Source: Chitinophagaceae bacterium (GTDB lineage: Bacteria > Bacteroidota > Bacteroidia > Chitinophagales > Chitinophagaceae). From it: a stretch of DNA of 64,000 nucleotides. Positions 1-9,937 of this stretch are shown here, one piece after another. Under the pieces are notes generated by a model, which worked only from the letters and a program-made list of their open reading frames with translations, had not been told where the DNA came from and made no database searches. The DNA is taken from assembly GCA_051861445.1 (NCBI GenBank), contig JBHYCS010000021.1:5381-69380 (forward strand). The letters run 5' to 3'. The position numbers were made by a program, and so were the translations under genes. Positions within the stretch are counted from its first letter, which is position 1; each line of letters begins with the position of its first letter.

Positions 1-2115
1 AGAAGATTTTCCTATTGGATTTTGATCTACCAATTCTATTTGTGATAAATATTCAATATCTCCAATTAAAGCTCTATGAAGACCAACTTTTTCAGCCATT
101 TCACCCTTTATTTTTTGTAATGCAGGGTACAAAATTTGCTTTACAAGTGTTGTTTTTCCACTACCACTTACACCTGTAACTACACATAAAACGTTTAATG
201 GAAATTGAACTTGAATATCTTTCAAATTATTTTGCATTGCACCTTGAACAGTAATACTGCGTGTCCATTTTCTACTATTTTTTGGAGCTTCAATTGATAG
301 TGTTCCACTTAAATATTTTCCAGTTAAACTATTCGGATTAGCAATCAATTCTTTATAATTTCCAGCAGCCACAACTTCTCCTCCTAAATGAGAAGCCAAG
401 GGTCCCATATCAATGATATAATCGGCTTCATGCATCATCATTTCATCATGCTCTACTACAACAACTGTGTTGCCTAATGCCTTTAAAGATTTAAGAACAC
501 CAATTAATTTTTCAGTATCTCTGCTATGTAAACCAATTGAAGGCTCATCAAGAATGTATAAAGAATTGGTTAGGTTGCTTCCTAAACTTCTTGTTAATTG
601 TATTCGCTGACTTTCGCCACCACTTAAAGTATTGGCTAATCGATTTAAAGAAAGATACCCTAAACCTACATCTATTAAGGTTTGAATACGTTGATGCAAT
701 TCTATTAAAATTCTTTTCGCTACTTGAGCATCATGTTCTGATATTTCTATCGCATTAAACCAAGCTTTTAAATCTTTCACTTGCATTTCACACAATTCGC
801 CTATATTTTTTTGATGCACTTGAACGTATAAAGCTTCTTTTCTTAAACGATATCCTTCACATTCTGGACATTTTGTTCTACCTCTATATCTACTCAGTAA
901 AACTCGATATTGAACTTTATATAAATTGGCTTCTACTTCTTTAAAAAAATCGTTTAATCCTTGAACATATTGATTACCTGTCCATATTAACTTGTATTGT
1001 TCTTTAGTTAAATCTACAATAGGCTTGTGAATAGGAAATTTAAAACTAGCTGCTGCTGCCATAAATTGATCTTTCCACCAAACCATTTTATCGCCTTTCC
1101 AAGGTGCAATAGCACCATCGTAAACACTTAGTCTTTTGTTTGGTATTACTAAATCTTCATCAATACCCAAAACTTGACCAAAACCTTCACAGGTCGGACA
1201 AGCACCATAAGGATTGTTGAATGAAAAAAGATTTGGTACGGGTTCTTCAAATTGAATTCCATCTAATTCGAACTTGTTACTAAAATGATAGCGTTCATTA
1301 CCATTAACCTCTAACAACATTTCACCTTCTCCTTCATAAAAGGCAGTAGAAACCGAATCTGTAAGTCGATGTAAATCGTCTTCGTCAAAAGCTTTCACAA
1401 CAATTCTATCTACCAATAAAAAAGCATTAGATAATTGTTTTGAACCAAATTTTTCTTTCAATTCTTTATCTGATAATTCTAATAATTCTTCTAAACGATA
1501 GGGCTTTAAGGCTTTGTTTTCGGCACTTTCAGCAATTGCTAATCGACTAAATCCTTTTGCAATTAAAATATTTAACTCTTCTCGTATTTCTCTTTTTACG
1601 TGTAATCGAAATGGAACAATTATTTGAACTTTAGTACCAACATCAAAATGTTGAATAGATTTTACAACATCTTCCACATCATCTTTCTGAACAATTTTAC
1701 CACTAATTGGAGAAATTGTTTTACCAATTCGAGCATACAGCAATCGTAGATAATCGTAAATCTCAGTCATACTTCCAACTGTACTTCTTGGCGTACGAGT
1801 AATTACTTTTTGCTCTATGGCAATTGCAGGACAAAGACCTCTTATATAATCTACATCTGGCTTTACCATTCTAGCCATAAATTGCCTAGCATATGCACTT
1901 AAACTTTCTGCATATCTACGTTGACCTTCTGCAAAAAGCGTATCAATTGTTAACGAAGATTTTCCACTACCACTCACGCCTGTAACTACAATAAATTGAT
2001 TACGAGGAAACGTTACAGTTACGTTTTTTAAATTGTGGGTTTTAGCACCTGTAACTACAATACCATCTTGTAATTCAGCAGATGATTTAGATTTTTTTTG
2101 GGTAGAATTTGCCAT
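1..2115 (-). CDS. uvrA: Excinuclease ABC subunit A (UvrA), runs off the left edge of the window
   Basis: Absent from the ORF track, translated by hand from ATG at 2115: GAKTHNLKNV, Walker A GVSGSGKSS, LFAEGQRRYAESLSAYARQF, Zn finger GACPTCEGFG, LSGGESQRI, LDEPSIGLH, second Walker A GVSGSGKTT. Confidence 0.96.
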   Translation of the reverse strand, partial: MANSTQKKSKSSAELQDGIVVTGAKTHNLKNVTVTFPRNQFIVVTGVSGSGKSSLTIDTLFAEGQRRYAESLSAYARQFMARMVKPDVDYIRGLCPAIAIEQKVITRTPRSTVGSMTEIYDYLRLLYARIGKTISPISGKIVQKDDVEDVVKSIQHFDVGTKVQIIVPFRLHVKREIREELNILIAKGFSRLAIAESAENKALKPYRLEELLELSDKELKEKFGSKQLSNAFLLVDRIVVKAFDEDDLHRLTDSVSTAFYEGEGEMLLEVNGNERYHFSNKFELDGIQFEEPVPNLFSFNNPYGACPTCEGFGQVLGIDEDLVIPNKRLSVYDGAIAPWKGDKMVWWKDQFMAAAASFKFPIHKPIVDLTKEQYKLIWTGNQYVQGLNDFFKEVEANLYKVQYRVLLSRYRGRTKCPECEGYRLRKEALYVQVHQKNIGELCEMQVKDLKAWFNAIEISEHDAQVAKRILIELHQRIQTLIDVGLGYLSLNRLANTLSGGESQRIQLTRSLGSNLTNSLYILDEPSIGLHSRDTEKLIGVLKSLKALGNTVVVVEHDEMMMHEADYIIDMGPLASHLGGEVVAAGNYKELIANPNSLTGKYLSGTLSIEAPKNSRKWTRSITVQGAMQNNLKDIQVQFPLNVLCVVTGVSGSGKTTLVKQILYPALQKIKGEMAEKVGLHRALIGDIEYLSQIELVDQNPIGKSS

Positions 2116-2431
2116 AATCATTGGCAATATAAACACATTAGTAGTACTTAAGTTTAAGAAATAAATAAATGAAAATAAAATTAGGATAATGCCCTACTTA
2201 CAAAATAAAAACACAACCATATTCGTTATTAAAATGCCGCTCTGAAAGTCGCATTTTTTGTGAACAACTCCGCACCTTAAATAGTAGTTTTCAACAACTA
2301 TCATTTTTTTTATTTTACACAAAATAACATTCCTAATATTACGTTAAATAAAATAGCGTTTGCATAAACTGCTGCTATTATCATCCAATATCCTACAGAT
2401 TTTTTTACCCATTACCAAAAACCTATTGGCT

Positions 2432-3010
2432 ATGAAAACGTTTGCTCAAGCAACCGACACGCAACTTATTGATGTTTTTCAAAAAGGAGATACTTCTGGT
2501 TTAGAAGTGCTTGTACATCGTTATAAAGACAAAATTTATTCTTCCATTCTTTTTTTGGTAAAAGACAAATACCTAGCAGAAGATTTGTTTCAAGAGGTGT
2601 TTATTAAAATAATAGATACATTAAGATCGAATCGATACAATGAAGAAGGTAAATTTTTACCTTGGGCATTAAGAATTGCTCACAACTTATGTGTTGACTA
2701 TTTTAGAAAAGTAAACAAGACGCATTTTGTAGCCAGCGATGATAAAGATGTTTTTGAATTTATTGGTGATGTTGGAGATACTGCAGATACTAGAATTACA
2801 ACTCAACAAACACATGACAAAGTAAGAAGAATGTTAGACTTTTTACCGGAAGAACAGAGAGAAGTAATTGTATTACGCCACTTTGCAGGCATGAGCTTTA
2901 AAGAAATTGCAGACATTACCAATAGCAGTATTAATACTTGTTTGGGTAGAATGAGATATGGATTAATCAACCTAAGAAAAGTAATGGTAGAGAAACAAAT
3001 TATTTTGTAA
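2432..3010 (+). CDS. ECF-type RNA polymerase sigma-70 factor
   Basis: Region 2 (AEDLFQEVFIK, WALRIAHNLCVDYFRK) and region 4 (LPEEQREVIVLRHFAGMSFKEIA); ATG 2432 preferred over the ORF-track start at 2360. Confidence 0.9.
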   Translation: MKTFAQATDTQLIDVFQKGDTSGLEVLVHRYKDKIYSSILFLVKDKYLAEDLFQEVFIKIIDTLRSNRYNEEGKFLPWALRIAHNLCVDYFRKVNKTHFVASDDKDVFEFIGDVGDTADTRITTQQTHDKVRRMLDFLPEEQREVIVLRHFAGMSFKEIADITNSSINTCLGRMRYGLINLRKVMVEKQIIL

Positions 3011-3084
3011 TATTCGTTATTTCAGGAAAACAAATCCCTCAATAACGGTTTCTTATACGATAAAAATATATTCACACAAAATTC

Positions 3085-3108
3085 ATACCCCTTTTTTGGG
3101 GTATTTTT
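3085..3108 (+). terminator. Probable intrinsic terminator after the ECF sigma gene
   Basis: ATACCCC-tttttt-GGGGTAT hairpin followed by a T run. Confidence 0.55.
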
Positions 3109-3120
3109 ATGATTTTACTG

Positions 3121-3128
3121 TACATTTG
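3121..3128 (+). promoter_or_regulatory. Bacteroidota sigma70 -7 box
   Basis: TACATTTG matches TAnnTTTG, 16 nt before ATG 3145. Confidence 0.55.
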
Positions 3129-3144
3129 TCATAATATCACTATT

Positions 3145-4056
3145 ATGATGAAAAACACTTCTACGCGTTTTATTACTGTTTTATTTTTTTTGGCAGTATT
3201 TTGCACCATCAATTCTAACGTTTACGCACAAAGAGTTAGATTAAGTACAGGGCTAGGTTTGAGTGCTTATTTGGGCGATTTGGTACAAGGTGCTCCTGTT
3301 TTTCAACAAACATCCCCTGCTATTAGTTTAGGAGCGAGCTACGATATATTAGAACAACTTAGAGGAAGAATAAATTTTACACACTTGGGTATTCAAGGTG
3401 ACGATAAATATGCTTCGAGAAAAGATTTAAGAGATAGAAACCTGAGTTTTAAATCTAATGTTTTTGAAGTTGCATTTTTAGCTGAATACGATTTTGTTAA
3501 CAATACGGAATATTCAATTGTACCTTATATTTTTGCAGGACCAGGTATTTATAAATTCAACCCAACGACTATAGATGCCAATGGTGAAAAAGTAAAACTA
3601 CAACCATTAGGCACCGAAGGACAAAATCTACCTAGTGGATTGTATGATGACAGAAAATATAAGCTAACCCAAATGAATTTTCAGTATGGATTGGGTATTA
3701 AGTATGAAATTTCTGAAACCATAAGTATTGGTACAGAATTTTCTTTTAGAAATACATTTACTGATTATTTAGACGATGTAAGTACAACCTACATCGCTCC
3801 ACAAGAGTTTATAAATGCAGGGCAAACTCAAGCACTTTTATTAAATTACAGACAATACGAAATTGATGGTAAACCTGTAAACTTTAGCCAACCAAGAGGA
3901 AATCCTAAAAAGAAAGATTTTTTCTATACTTTCCAAATTAGAGCAATGTTTAGATTAGATGCGATACAATTGGGTAGAGACTTAGATTTTTATTCTTCAC
4001 CCGGAAGAAGTTACAAGTATAAAAACAAGGTTAGAAATCCTAAAAATATTTTTTAA
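3145..4056 (+). CDS. DUF6089/PorT-like outer-membrane beta-barrel protein
   Basis: Signal peptide, YLGDL at the mature N-terminus, RNLSFKS and LQPLGTEGQ motifs, FTDYLDDVS; start moved from 3109 because a -7 box lies at 3121. Confidence 0.7.
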   Translation: MMKNTSTRFITVLFFLAVFCTINSNVYAQRVRLSTGLGLSAYLGDLVQGAPVFQQTSPAISLGASYDILEQLRGRINFTHLGIQGDDKYASRKDLRDRNLSFKSNVFEVAFLAEYDFVNNTEYSIVPYIFAGPGIYKFNPTTIDANGEKVKLQPLGTEGQNLPSGLYDDRKYKLTQMNFQYGLGIKYEISETISIGTEFSFRNTFTDYLDDVSTTYIAPQEFINAGQTQALLLNYRQYEIDGKPVNFSQPRGNPKKKDFFYTFQIRAMFRLDAIQLGRDLDFYSSPGRSYKYKNKVRNPKNIF

Positions 4057-4073
4057 TCATATAGATATTTTAT

Positions 4074-4114
4074 TGCATAAAAAAAGCAGCATTTTATGCT
4101 GCTTTTTTTATGCA
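4074..4114. terminator. Intrinsic terminator with A/T tails on both sides
   Basis: Perfect 19-bp inverted repeat TGCATAAAAAAAGCAGCAT-ttt-ATGCTGCTTTTTTTATGCA. Confidence 0.85.
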
Positions 4115-4165
4115 TCGAAGTTTAATAATTGCCTAAACTTAACATTCCTACAAAAATACAAAGAT

Positions 4166-4173
4166 TATATTTG
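4166..4173 (+). promoter_or_regulatory. -7 box for ppk1
   Basis: TATATTTG, 22 nt upstream of ATG 4196. Confidence 0.6.
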
Positions 4174-4195
4174 AAGCAGGAATTACAGAACCGGT

Positions 4196-6289
4196 ATGAA
4201 CAAAAAGCAATTTATTCAAAGAGATATTAGTTGGTTAAGTTTTAATGCAAGAGTACTACAAGAAGCAAATGACAGCACTGTTCCATTAAAAGAAAGAATT
4301 CGTTTTTTAGGTATTTTTTCAAATAATAGTGATGAATTTTTTAGAGTACGTGTGGCTACACTAAAACGCATGTTAGAGTTTTCTGAAAAAAGAAAGCGAC
4401 TAAACATGCACATGGAAGATGACCCTCAAAGTATATTAGATCAAATTCAAACCATTGTTTTACGCCAACAAAATGAATTTAATAGAATTTGGGAAGGAAT
4501 TTTAAAGGAATTGAAAAAAGAAAAAATTTCAATTATCACTGAAAAATCACTTACCAAAACACAAAAAGATTTTGTAAAACATTTCTTCGACGAACAAGTA
4601 CGAAGCAATGTAATACCTTTAATGATTGAAACACTTCCTCAATTACCTTATTTAAGAGATAAAAGCATTTATTTAGGAATTGTGATGCGTAAAAAAGACA
4701 ATGCTTACGATCAAAAATATGCGTTGATTGAAATTCCTGCTAAAGCTGTTGGTCGTTTTGTATTATTACCCTCAAAAGCTGGTGAACAGAATATAATTTT
4801 ATTGGAAGATGTGATTAGATTTAATTTACCCAATATTTTTTCTTACTTCGATTACGACTACTTTGACGCACATGTTTTTAAAGTAACAAAAGACGCTGAA
4901 ATTGATATAGACAACGATGTTAGTACCACGTTTGTAGAGAAAATGGAGAAAGGACTAAAGAATAGACGAAAAGGGAAACCAGTTCGTTTTGTGTACGATA
5001 AAGAAATGGATGCAGGACTATTAGAGTATCTTATTCGTAGGCTAAGCTTATCTAGAAAAAGCAATATTATACCAGGTGGAAGAATTCATAATTTTAGACA
5101 TTTTATGGATTTTCCAGATGTATTTAACACAAAGAGTACTAGAAGAAATTCCATTACACATCCTGCATTGTCAAACTCAGTTAGAGTTACAGATGTCATT
5201 ATTAAACAAGATATTTTACTCAATTTTCCCTATCATTCATTCAACAGTGTGATAGATTTATTGAGAGAAGCAGCAATGGACCCTGATGTTACTTCCATTA
5301 AAATTACAGCGTATCGATTAGCCCCAAATTCTAAAGTAATCAATGCACTCATTAATGCTGCAAGAAATGGAAAAGAAGTAGTGGTAATGCTTGAGTTAAA
5401 AGCCCGTTTTGATGAAGAAGCCAATTTAGAATGGAAAAAAATTTTAGAAGAAGAAGGCGTAAAAGTACTATTGGGAGTTCCGAAAATGAAAATACATGCC
5501 AAGCTATGCATCATTAAAAAAAGAGTTGGAAGCAGAATTATTCAATATGGCTTTGTAAGTACAGGTAACTTAAACGAAAGAACTGCAAAGGTTTATAGCG
5601 ATCATTGTTTGCTTACATCGAACAGAAATGTAATGGCAGATATCAATAGAATTTTCAGGTATCTCGAAAATTGGAAGGCCGGTATAGCACAATTAAGACT
5701 TTGCAAAACCTTGCTTATTTGTCCACTTTCTATGCGTAAAGAATTTGAATTACAAATTGATAGAGAAATAAAATTGGCAAAATCAGGCAAAGAAGCTTCT
5801 GTTATTTTAAAAGTAAACTCTATAAGTGATGCCATTTTAATGGATAAATTGTACCAAGCAGCCATGGCAGGCGTAAAAATTCAACTAATTGTAAGAGGAA
5901 TTTTTTGTGCAATGATTGAAAACAAAAAGTTTAAACATCCTATTAAAGCAATTAGCATTGTTGATGAATATTTAGAACATGCTAGAGTAATTATTTTTAA
6001 TAATGGGGGAAAAGAAAAAATATACATTTCTTCTGCCGATTGGATGGTACGTAATCTTGACCATAGAATAGAAGCTGCAATACCTATTACAAATCCAGAA
6101 ATAAAGCAAGAATTGAAGGATATTATTAACATTCAATTAAGCGATAACGTTAAGGCTCGTATTCTAAACAATGAACTTAGTAATAACTATGTATCTTTCG
6201 GCGGTAAAAAGAAAATACGCTCCCAAATAGAAACGTATTTATACCTCCACCAAAAAACGGTAAAAAAAGTTGAGACTAGCAGCAATTGA
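4196..6289 (+). CDS. ppk1: Polyphosphate kinase 1
   Basis: RDISWLSFNARVL, ELKARFDEEAN, KIHAKL, YLEHAR, SADWMVRNLD motifs; 697 aa. Confidence 0.97.
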   Translation: MNKKQFIQRDISWLSFNARVLQEANDSTVPLKERIRFLGIFSNNSDEFFRVRVATLKRMLEFSEKRKRLNMHMEDDPQSILDQIQTIVLRQQNEFNRIWEGILKELKKEKISIITEKSLTKTQKDFVKHFFDEQVRSNVIPLMIETLPQLPYLRDKSIYLGIVMRKKDNAYDQKYALIEIPAKAVGRFVLLPSKAGEQNIILLEDVIRFNLPNIFSYFDYDYFDAHVFKVTKDAEIDIDNDVSTTFVEKMEKGLKNRRKGKPVRFVYDKEMDAGLLEYLIRRLSLSRKSNIIPGGRIHNFRHFMDFPDVFNTKSTRRNSITHPALSNSVRVTDVIIKQDILLNFPYHSFNSVIDLLREAAMDPDVTSIKITAYRLAPNSKVINALINAARNGKEVVVMLELKARFDEEANLEWKKILEEEGVKVLLGVPKMKIHAKLCIIKKRVGSRIIQYGFVSTGNLNERTAKVYSDHCLLTSNRNVMADINRIFRYLENWKAGIAQLRLCKTLLICPLSMRKEFELQIDREIKLAKSGKEASVILKVNSISDAILMDKLYQAAMAGVKIQLIVRGIFCAMIENKKFKHPIKAISIVDEYLEHARVIIFNNGGKEKIYISSADWMVRNLDHRIEAAIPITNPEIKQELKDIINIQLSDNVKARILNNELSNNYVSFGGKKKIRSQIETYLYLHQKTVKKVETSSN

Positions 6290-7154
6290 TATTGGTAGTA
6301 ATGCAGCAAGATTATTGATAACCGATGTTGTAAAGCAAGAATCAGGAGAACCTCAATTCAATAAAATAAATTTAATACGTGTTCCGCTTAGGCTAGGTTT
6401 TGACGTTTTTGAAACAGGTGAAATTAGCAAGCCCAAAAGAATCATGATATTAGAAACCATGAAAGCTTATAGTCATTTACTAAAAGCATATGGTGTAGAA
6501 CATGTAAGGGCTTGTGCTACAAGTGCTATGAGAGATGCCAAAAACAGCATTGATATTATTAAAAAAGTAAAGCTAGAAACAGGAATAGAAATTGAGATAA
6601 TTAGCGGCGATAAAGAAGCTACTATGATTAATCAAACGCATATTGCTGAAGACTTAGATAGCAATTATGCCTATTTATACATCGACGTTGGTGGTGGTAG
6701 TACTGAGTTAACTTTTTTTACCGACAACACAATGAAGTATAGAGAAAGCTTTAACATTGGCACTATTCGATTATTGAAAGGTTTGGTACATGATACAGTT
6801 TGGGACGAAATGAGAACGCACTTGAAACAAAATACCAAAACCAACTTACCTATAAAAGCCATCGGAAGTGGCGGCAACATCAACAAAATTTTTTCTCTTA
6901 GTAAGAAAAAAGAAGGGAAACCATTGTCGCTACAACTTTTAAGAGATTTCCATAAAGAATTGAGTAGCTATTCTGTTGAAGAATTAACCCGTATTTATAA
7001 ACTTAGAGAAGATAGGGCAGATGTAATTGTACCTGCTTTATTAATTTATATGAATGTGATGAAATGGGCCGATATTGAAGAAATTCATGTTCCAAAAATT
7101 GGATTAGCAGATGGCTTAATAAAAAATTTGTACACAGAACTTGGTTCGTTTTAA
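6270..7154 (+). CDS. ppx: Exopolyphosphatase, Ppx/GppA family (short form)
   Basis: AAIDIGSNAARL, CATSAMRDA, IDVGGGSTE, IGSGGN, RADVIVPA; TTG start overlapping the ppk1 3' end by 20 nt. Confidence 0.92.
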   Translation: MRLAAIDIGSNAARLLITDVVKQESGEPQFNKINLIRVPLRLGFDVFETGEISKPKRIMILETMKAYSHLLKAYGVEHVRACATSAMRDAKNSIDIIKKVKLETGIEIEIISGDKEATMINQTHIAEDLDSNYAYLYIDVGGGSTELTFFTDNTMKYRESFNIGTIRLLKGLVHDTVWDEMRTHLKQNTKTNLPIKAIGSGGNINKIFSLSKKKEGKPLSLQLLRDFHKELSSYSVEELTRIYKLREDRADVIVPALLIYMNVMKWADIEEIHVPKIGLADGLIKNLYTELGSF

Positions 7155-7199
7155 ATCTGATTTTTGCAACAGAAAATTATTCTACAAAAAACAACAACT

Positions 7200-8015
7200 A
7201 TGTCTTTACATAAAGAAATAAAAAAAATAACAACCAATACGCTTTTGAAAATGAAGAGTAGTGGAGAAAAAATTTCTATGCTTACAGCATATGATTATTC
7301 TTTTGCAAAAATTTTTGATGAGGCTGGTATAGACATTATTTTAGTTGGTGACAGTGCTAGCAATGTAATGGCAGGAAATGAAACTACATTACCCATTACA
7401 TTAGACCATATGATTTACCATGCACAATGTGTAATGAAAGCTGTTAGTAGAAGTTTTGTAGTTGTAGATATGCCTTTTGGCAGTTATCAATCTAACTCTG
7501 AGATTGCATTGGCATCTGCAGTTAGAATTATGAAAGAAACAGGTGCACATGCTGTAAAACTAGAGGGTGGAGAAAATGTAATAGACAGTATTAAAAAAAT
7601 TGTAAATGCTGGAATTCCTGTAATGGGGCATTTGGGTTTAACACCTCAAAGTATTAATCAATTTGGCACATACACTGTAAGAGCAAAAGAAGAAGCAGAA
7701 GCTTTAACGCTGAAAAAAGATATCGCTTTACTTGAAGAAGCAGGTTGTTTTGCTGTTGTGTTAGAAAAAATTCCTGCTGTACTTGCAAAAGAAATTTCTA
7801 CCCAAATTCATATTCCTACCATTGGTATTGGTGCAGGAAAATACTGTGATGGTCAAGTTTTAGTAATGCATGATATGCTTGGCATAAATAATAGTTTTAA
7901 ACCCCGTTTTTTACGTCAATATTTAAACTTACAACAACAAATTAACGATGCGGTTACTAACTATATTGATGATGTAAAAAAAGAAAATTTTCCGAACGAA
8001 TCAGAATCGTATTAA
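7200..8015 (+). CDS. panB: 3-methyl-2-oxobutanoate hydroxymethyltransferase
   Basis: [54 protein letters not shown]; ATG 7200 preferred. Confidence 0.97.
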   Translation: MSLHKEIKKITTNTLLKMKSSGEKISMLTAYDYSFAKIFDEAGIDIILVGDSASNVMAGNETTLPITLDHMIYHAQCVMKAVSRSFVVVDMPFGSYQSNSEIALASAVRIMKETGAHAVKLEGGENVIDSIKKIVNAGIPVMGHLGLTPQSINQFGTYTVRAKEEAEALTLKKDIALLEEAGCFAVVLEKIPAVLAKEISTQIHIPTIGIGAGKYCDGQVLVMHDMLGINNSFKPRFLRQYLNLQQQINDAVTNYIDDVKKENFPNESESY

Positions 8016-8078
8016 ATTATTCACCGACTTACGCTTTTCATTTACCCAAAATATGAGTAGGCAGTTGCTTTACAAACC

Positions 8079-8086
8079 TACATTTG
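8079..8086 (+). promoter_or_regulatory. -7 box for the LytS/LytTR operon
   Basis: TACATTTG, 5 nt before ATG 8092 and 15 nt before TTG 8102. Confidence 0.55.
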
Positions 8087-8101
8087 AACAAATGAAATCT
8101 C

Positions 8102-9232
8102 TTGAAGCATAAACTTAAACGTCCACTAACAATTATTATTCATATTGCTGTTTGGACATGTTTTTTATTAATCCCTTTTATTTTTCAGCCACCCGTAAAA
8201 AGTGGATTTGAAATGAGTTTGCATTTTAAATCGTTTATGCTTTTAAGTGGTACTTTTATTGTTGTATTTTATTATTTAAATACACTTTTGCTCATCCCCT
8301 TTTTTTTATTGCAGAAGAAATGGCTGCAATACTTTTTACTAATTGCTGCAAGTTTTATCATTTTCTCAACTGTTCCTAAATTTATTGCAAATGCCATAGA
8401 AACACCAAAATTTGGCAACGGCTATTTTAAGCCAAGCATAGAACCCAAATTCGACAAAATAGAAGCTCCATTAGACTCTGTAAAGTCTCTTAACAAAACT
8501 TCTAAAAAATCAAATTTCAGAAAAGGGAGAAACAGGTTTACCTTTTTTCCAGGCTCGTATGTAATATTTTTTCTCGTTTTCGCAATTGGCACTTGCATTA
8601 CTGTAATTCAACAATGGTTTAAAAGTGAGGCCACTAAAAAAGAAGTAGAAACCGAAAAATTGAACACGGAATTATCATTTTTAAAATCGCAAATAAATCC
8701 TCATTTCTTTTTCAATACCCTTAATAATATTTATTCATTAGCAGTAGTAGAAAGCCAACAAACGGCTCCATCTATATTAAAGTTATCTGCAATTATGCGG
8801 TATATTTTATCTGATGCACAAAGTAATGTTGTGACATTAGAACAGGAAATTGTGTTTATTCAAAACTATATCGATTTACAAATGGTTCGTTTAACCGAAA
8901 AGGTAAAAGTTAACTTTTTGGTTGAAGGAATGGCGAATAATAAAATGATTGCTCCACTTTTATTTATCTCATTTGTTGAAAATGCATTTAAATACGGTGT
9001 GAGCACAAAAGAAAACTCATCGATTGATATTCAATTGAAATGCATAGGCAATCAATTAACATTTACTGCCATTAACCATATTGTAACTTCTGAAAACAAC
9101 TTACAAGAAACCACAGGAATTGGAATTAACAATGTGAAAAGAAGATTGGCATTATTGTATCCAAACAAACATGAGTTGAACATAGAAAATCAACAATCAA
9201 CCTATTCTGTAACCTTACACATTGAACTATAA
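8102..9232 (+). CDS. LytS/YehU-family sensor histidine kinase
   Basis: N-terminal TM helices, LKSQINPHFFFNTLNNIY, LEQEI, FVENAFKYG, TGIGINNVKRRL; start codon uncertain. Confidence 0.92.
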   Translation: MKHKLKRPLTIIIHIAVWTCFLLIPFIFQPPVKSGFEMSLHFKSFMLLSGTFIVVFYYLNTLLLIPFFLLQKKWLQYFLLIAASFIIFSTVPKFIANAIETPKFGNGYFKPSIEPKFDKIEAPLDSVKSLNKTSKKSNFRKGRNRFTFFPGSYVIFFLVFAIGTCITVIQQWFKSEATKKEVETEKLNTELSFLKSQINPHFFFNTLNNIYSLAVVESQQTAPSILKLSAIMRYILSDAQSNVVTLEQEIVFIQNYIDLQMVRLTEKVKVNFLVEGMANNKMIAPLLFISFVENAFKYGVSTKENSSIDIQLKCIGNQLTFTAINHIVTSENNLQETTGIGINNVKRRLALLYPNKHELNIENQQSTYSVTLHIEL

Positions 9233-9927
9233 TGATTACTGCAATTGCACTAGACGACGAACCATTGGCTCTACAATTGATTATTAAACATTGTGAAAAA
9301 ATTCAGTTTGTTGAATTGAAGAAAACATTTACAAACCCAGATGAAGCATTCAACTATTTAAAAAACAACACAATAGATCTTATTTTTTTAGATATACAAA
9401 TGCCTGATATAAATGGATTACAGTTTTATAAAAGTTTGCCCAACAATAAACCTCAAGTAATATTTACAACAGCTTTTAAAGATTTTGCTGTTGATGGATT
9501 TAACGTAGATGCAATCGACTACTTACTAAAACCTTTTGAATTTGAACGATTTTTAAAAGCTACCTACAAGGCTAAAGAATATGTTGAATTTTTATCATCT
9601 CAAGAAGTTAACTTAAGCTCCATTTTTGTGAAGGTGAATTATGAAATGATGAAGATTAATTTAAAAGATATTGATTTGGTAGAAGCATTAGACGATTATA
9701 TTAAAATTTACATTAAACCAACGCCTGTTTTAACCTTAATGACTCTGAAAAGTATTGCAGAAAAATTACCATCAAAAGAATTTGTACGTGTACATCGTTC
9801 TTATATTATTCCATTATCAAAAATTGAAAAATATAGCAGAACTAAATTACAAGTTTCGGGAAAAGAAATACCAATTGGTAGTAGTTATGCAGATGTGTAC
9901 GACGTAATTGTACAAAAGCAACGATAA
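9232..9927 (+). CDS. LytTR-family response regulator
   Basis: Receiver LDDEPLA, FLDIQMP, FTTAF, DYLLKP; LytTR domain FVRVHRSYII; 1-nt overlap with the kinase stop. Confidence 0.95.
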   Translation: MITAIALDDEPLALQLIIKHCEKIQFVELKKTFTNPDEAFNYLKNNTIDLIFLDIQMPDINGLQFYKSLPNNKPQVIFTTAFKDFAVDGFNVDAIDYLLKPFEFERFLKATYKAKEYVEFLSSQEVNLSSIFVKVNYEMMKINLKDIDLVEALDDYIKIYIKPTPVLTLMTLKSIAEKLPSKEFVRVHRSYIIPLSKIEKYSRTKLQVSGKEIPIGSSYADVYDVIVQKQR

Positions 9928-9937
9928 TTTGCAACTA

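Noticed and set aside
2322-2349. dif-like site (TTACGTTAAAT resembles the XerD arm)
   Set aside because: No XerC arm ending in ATAA at 6-bp spacing; the similar arm at 21826-21836 also has the wrong spacing
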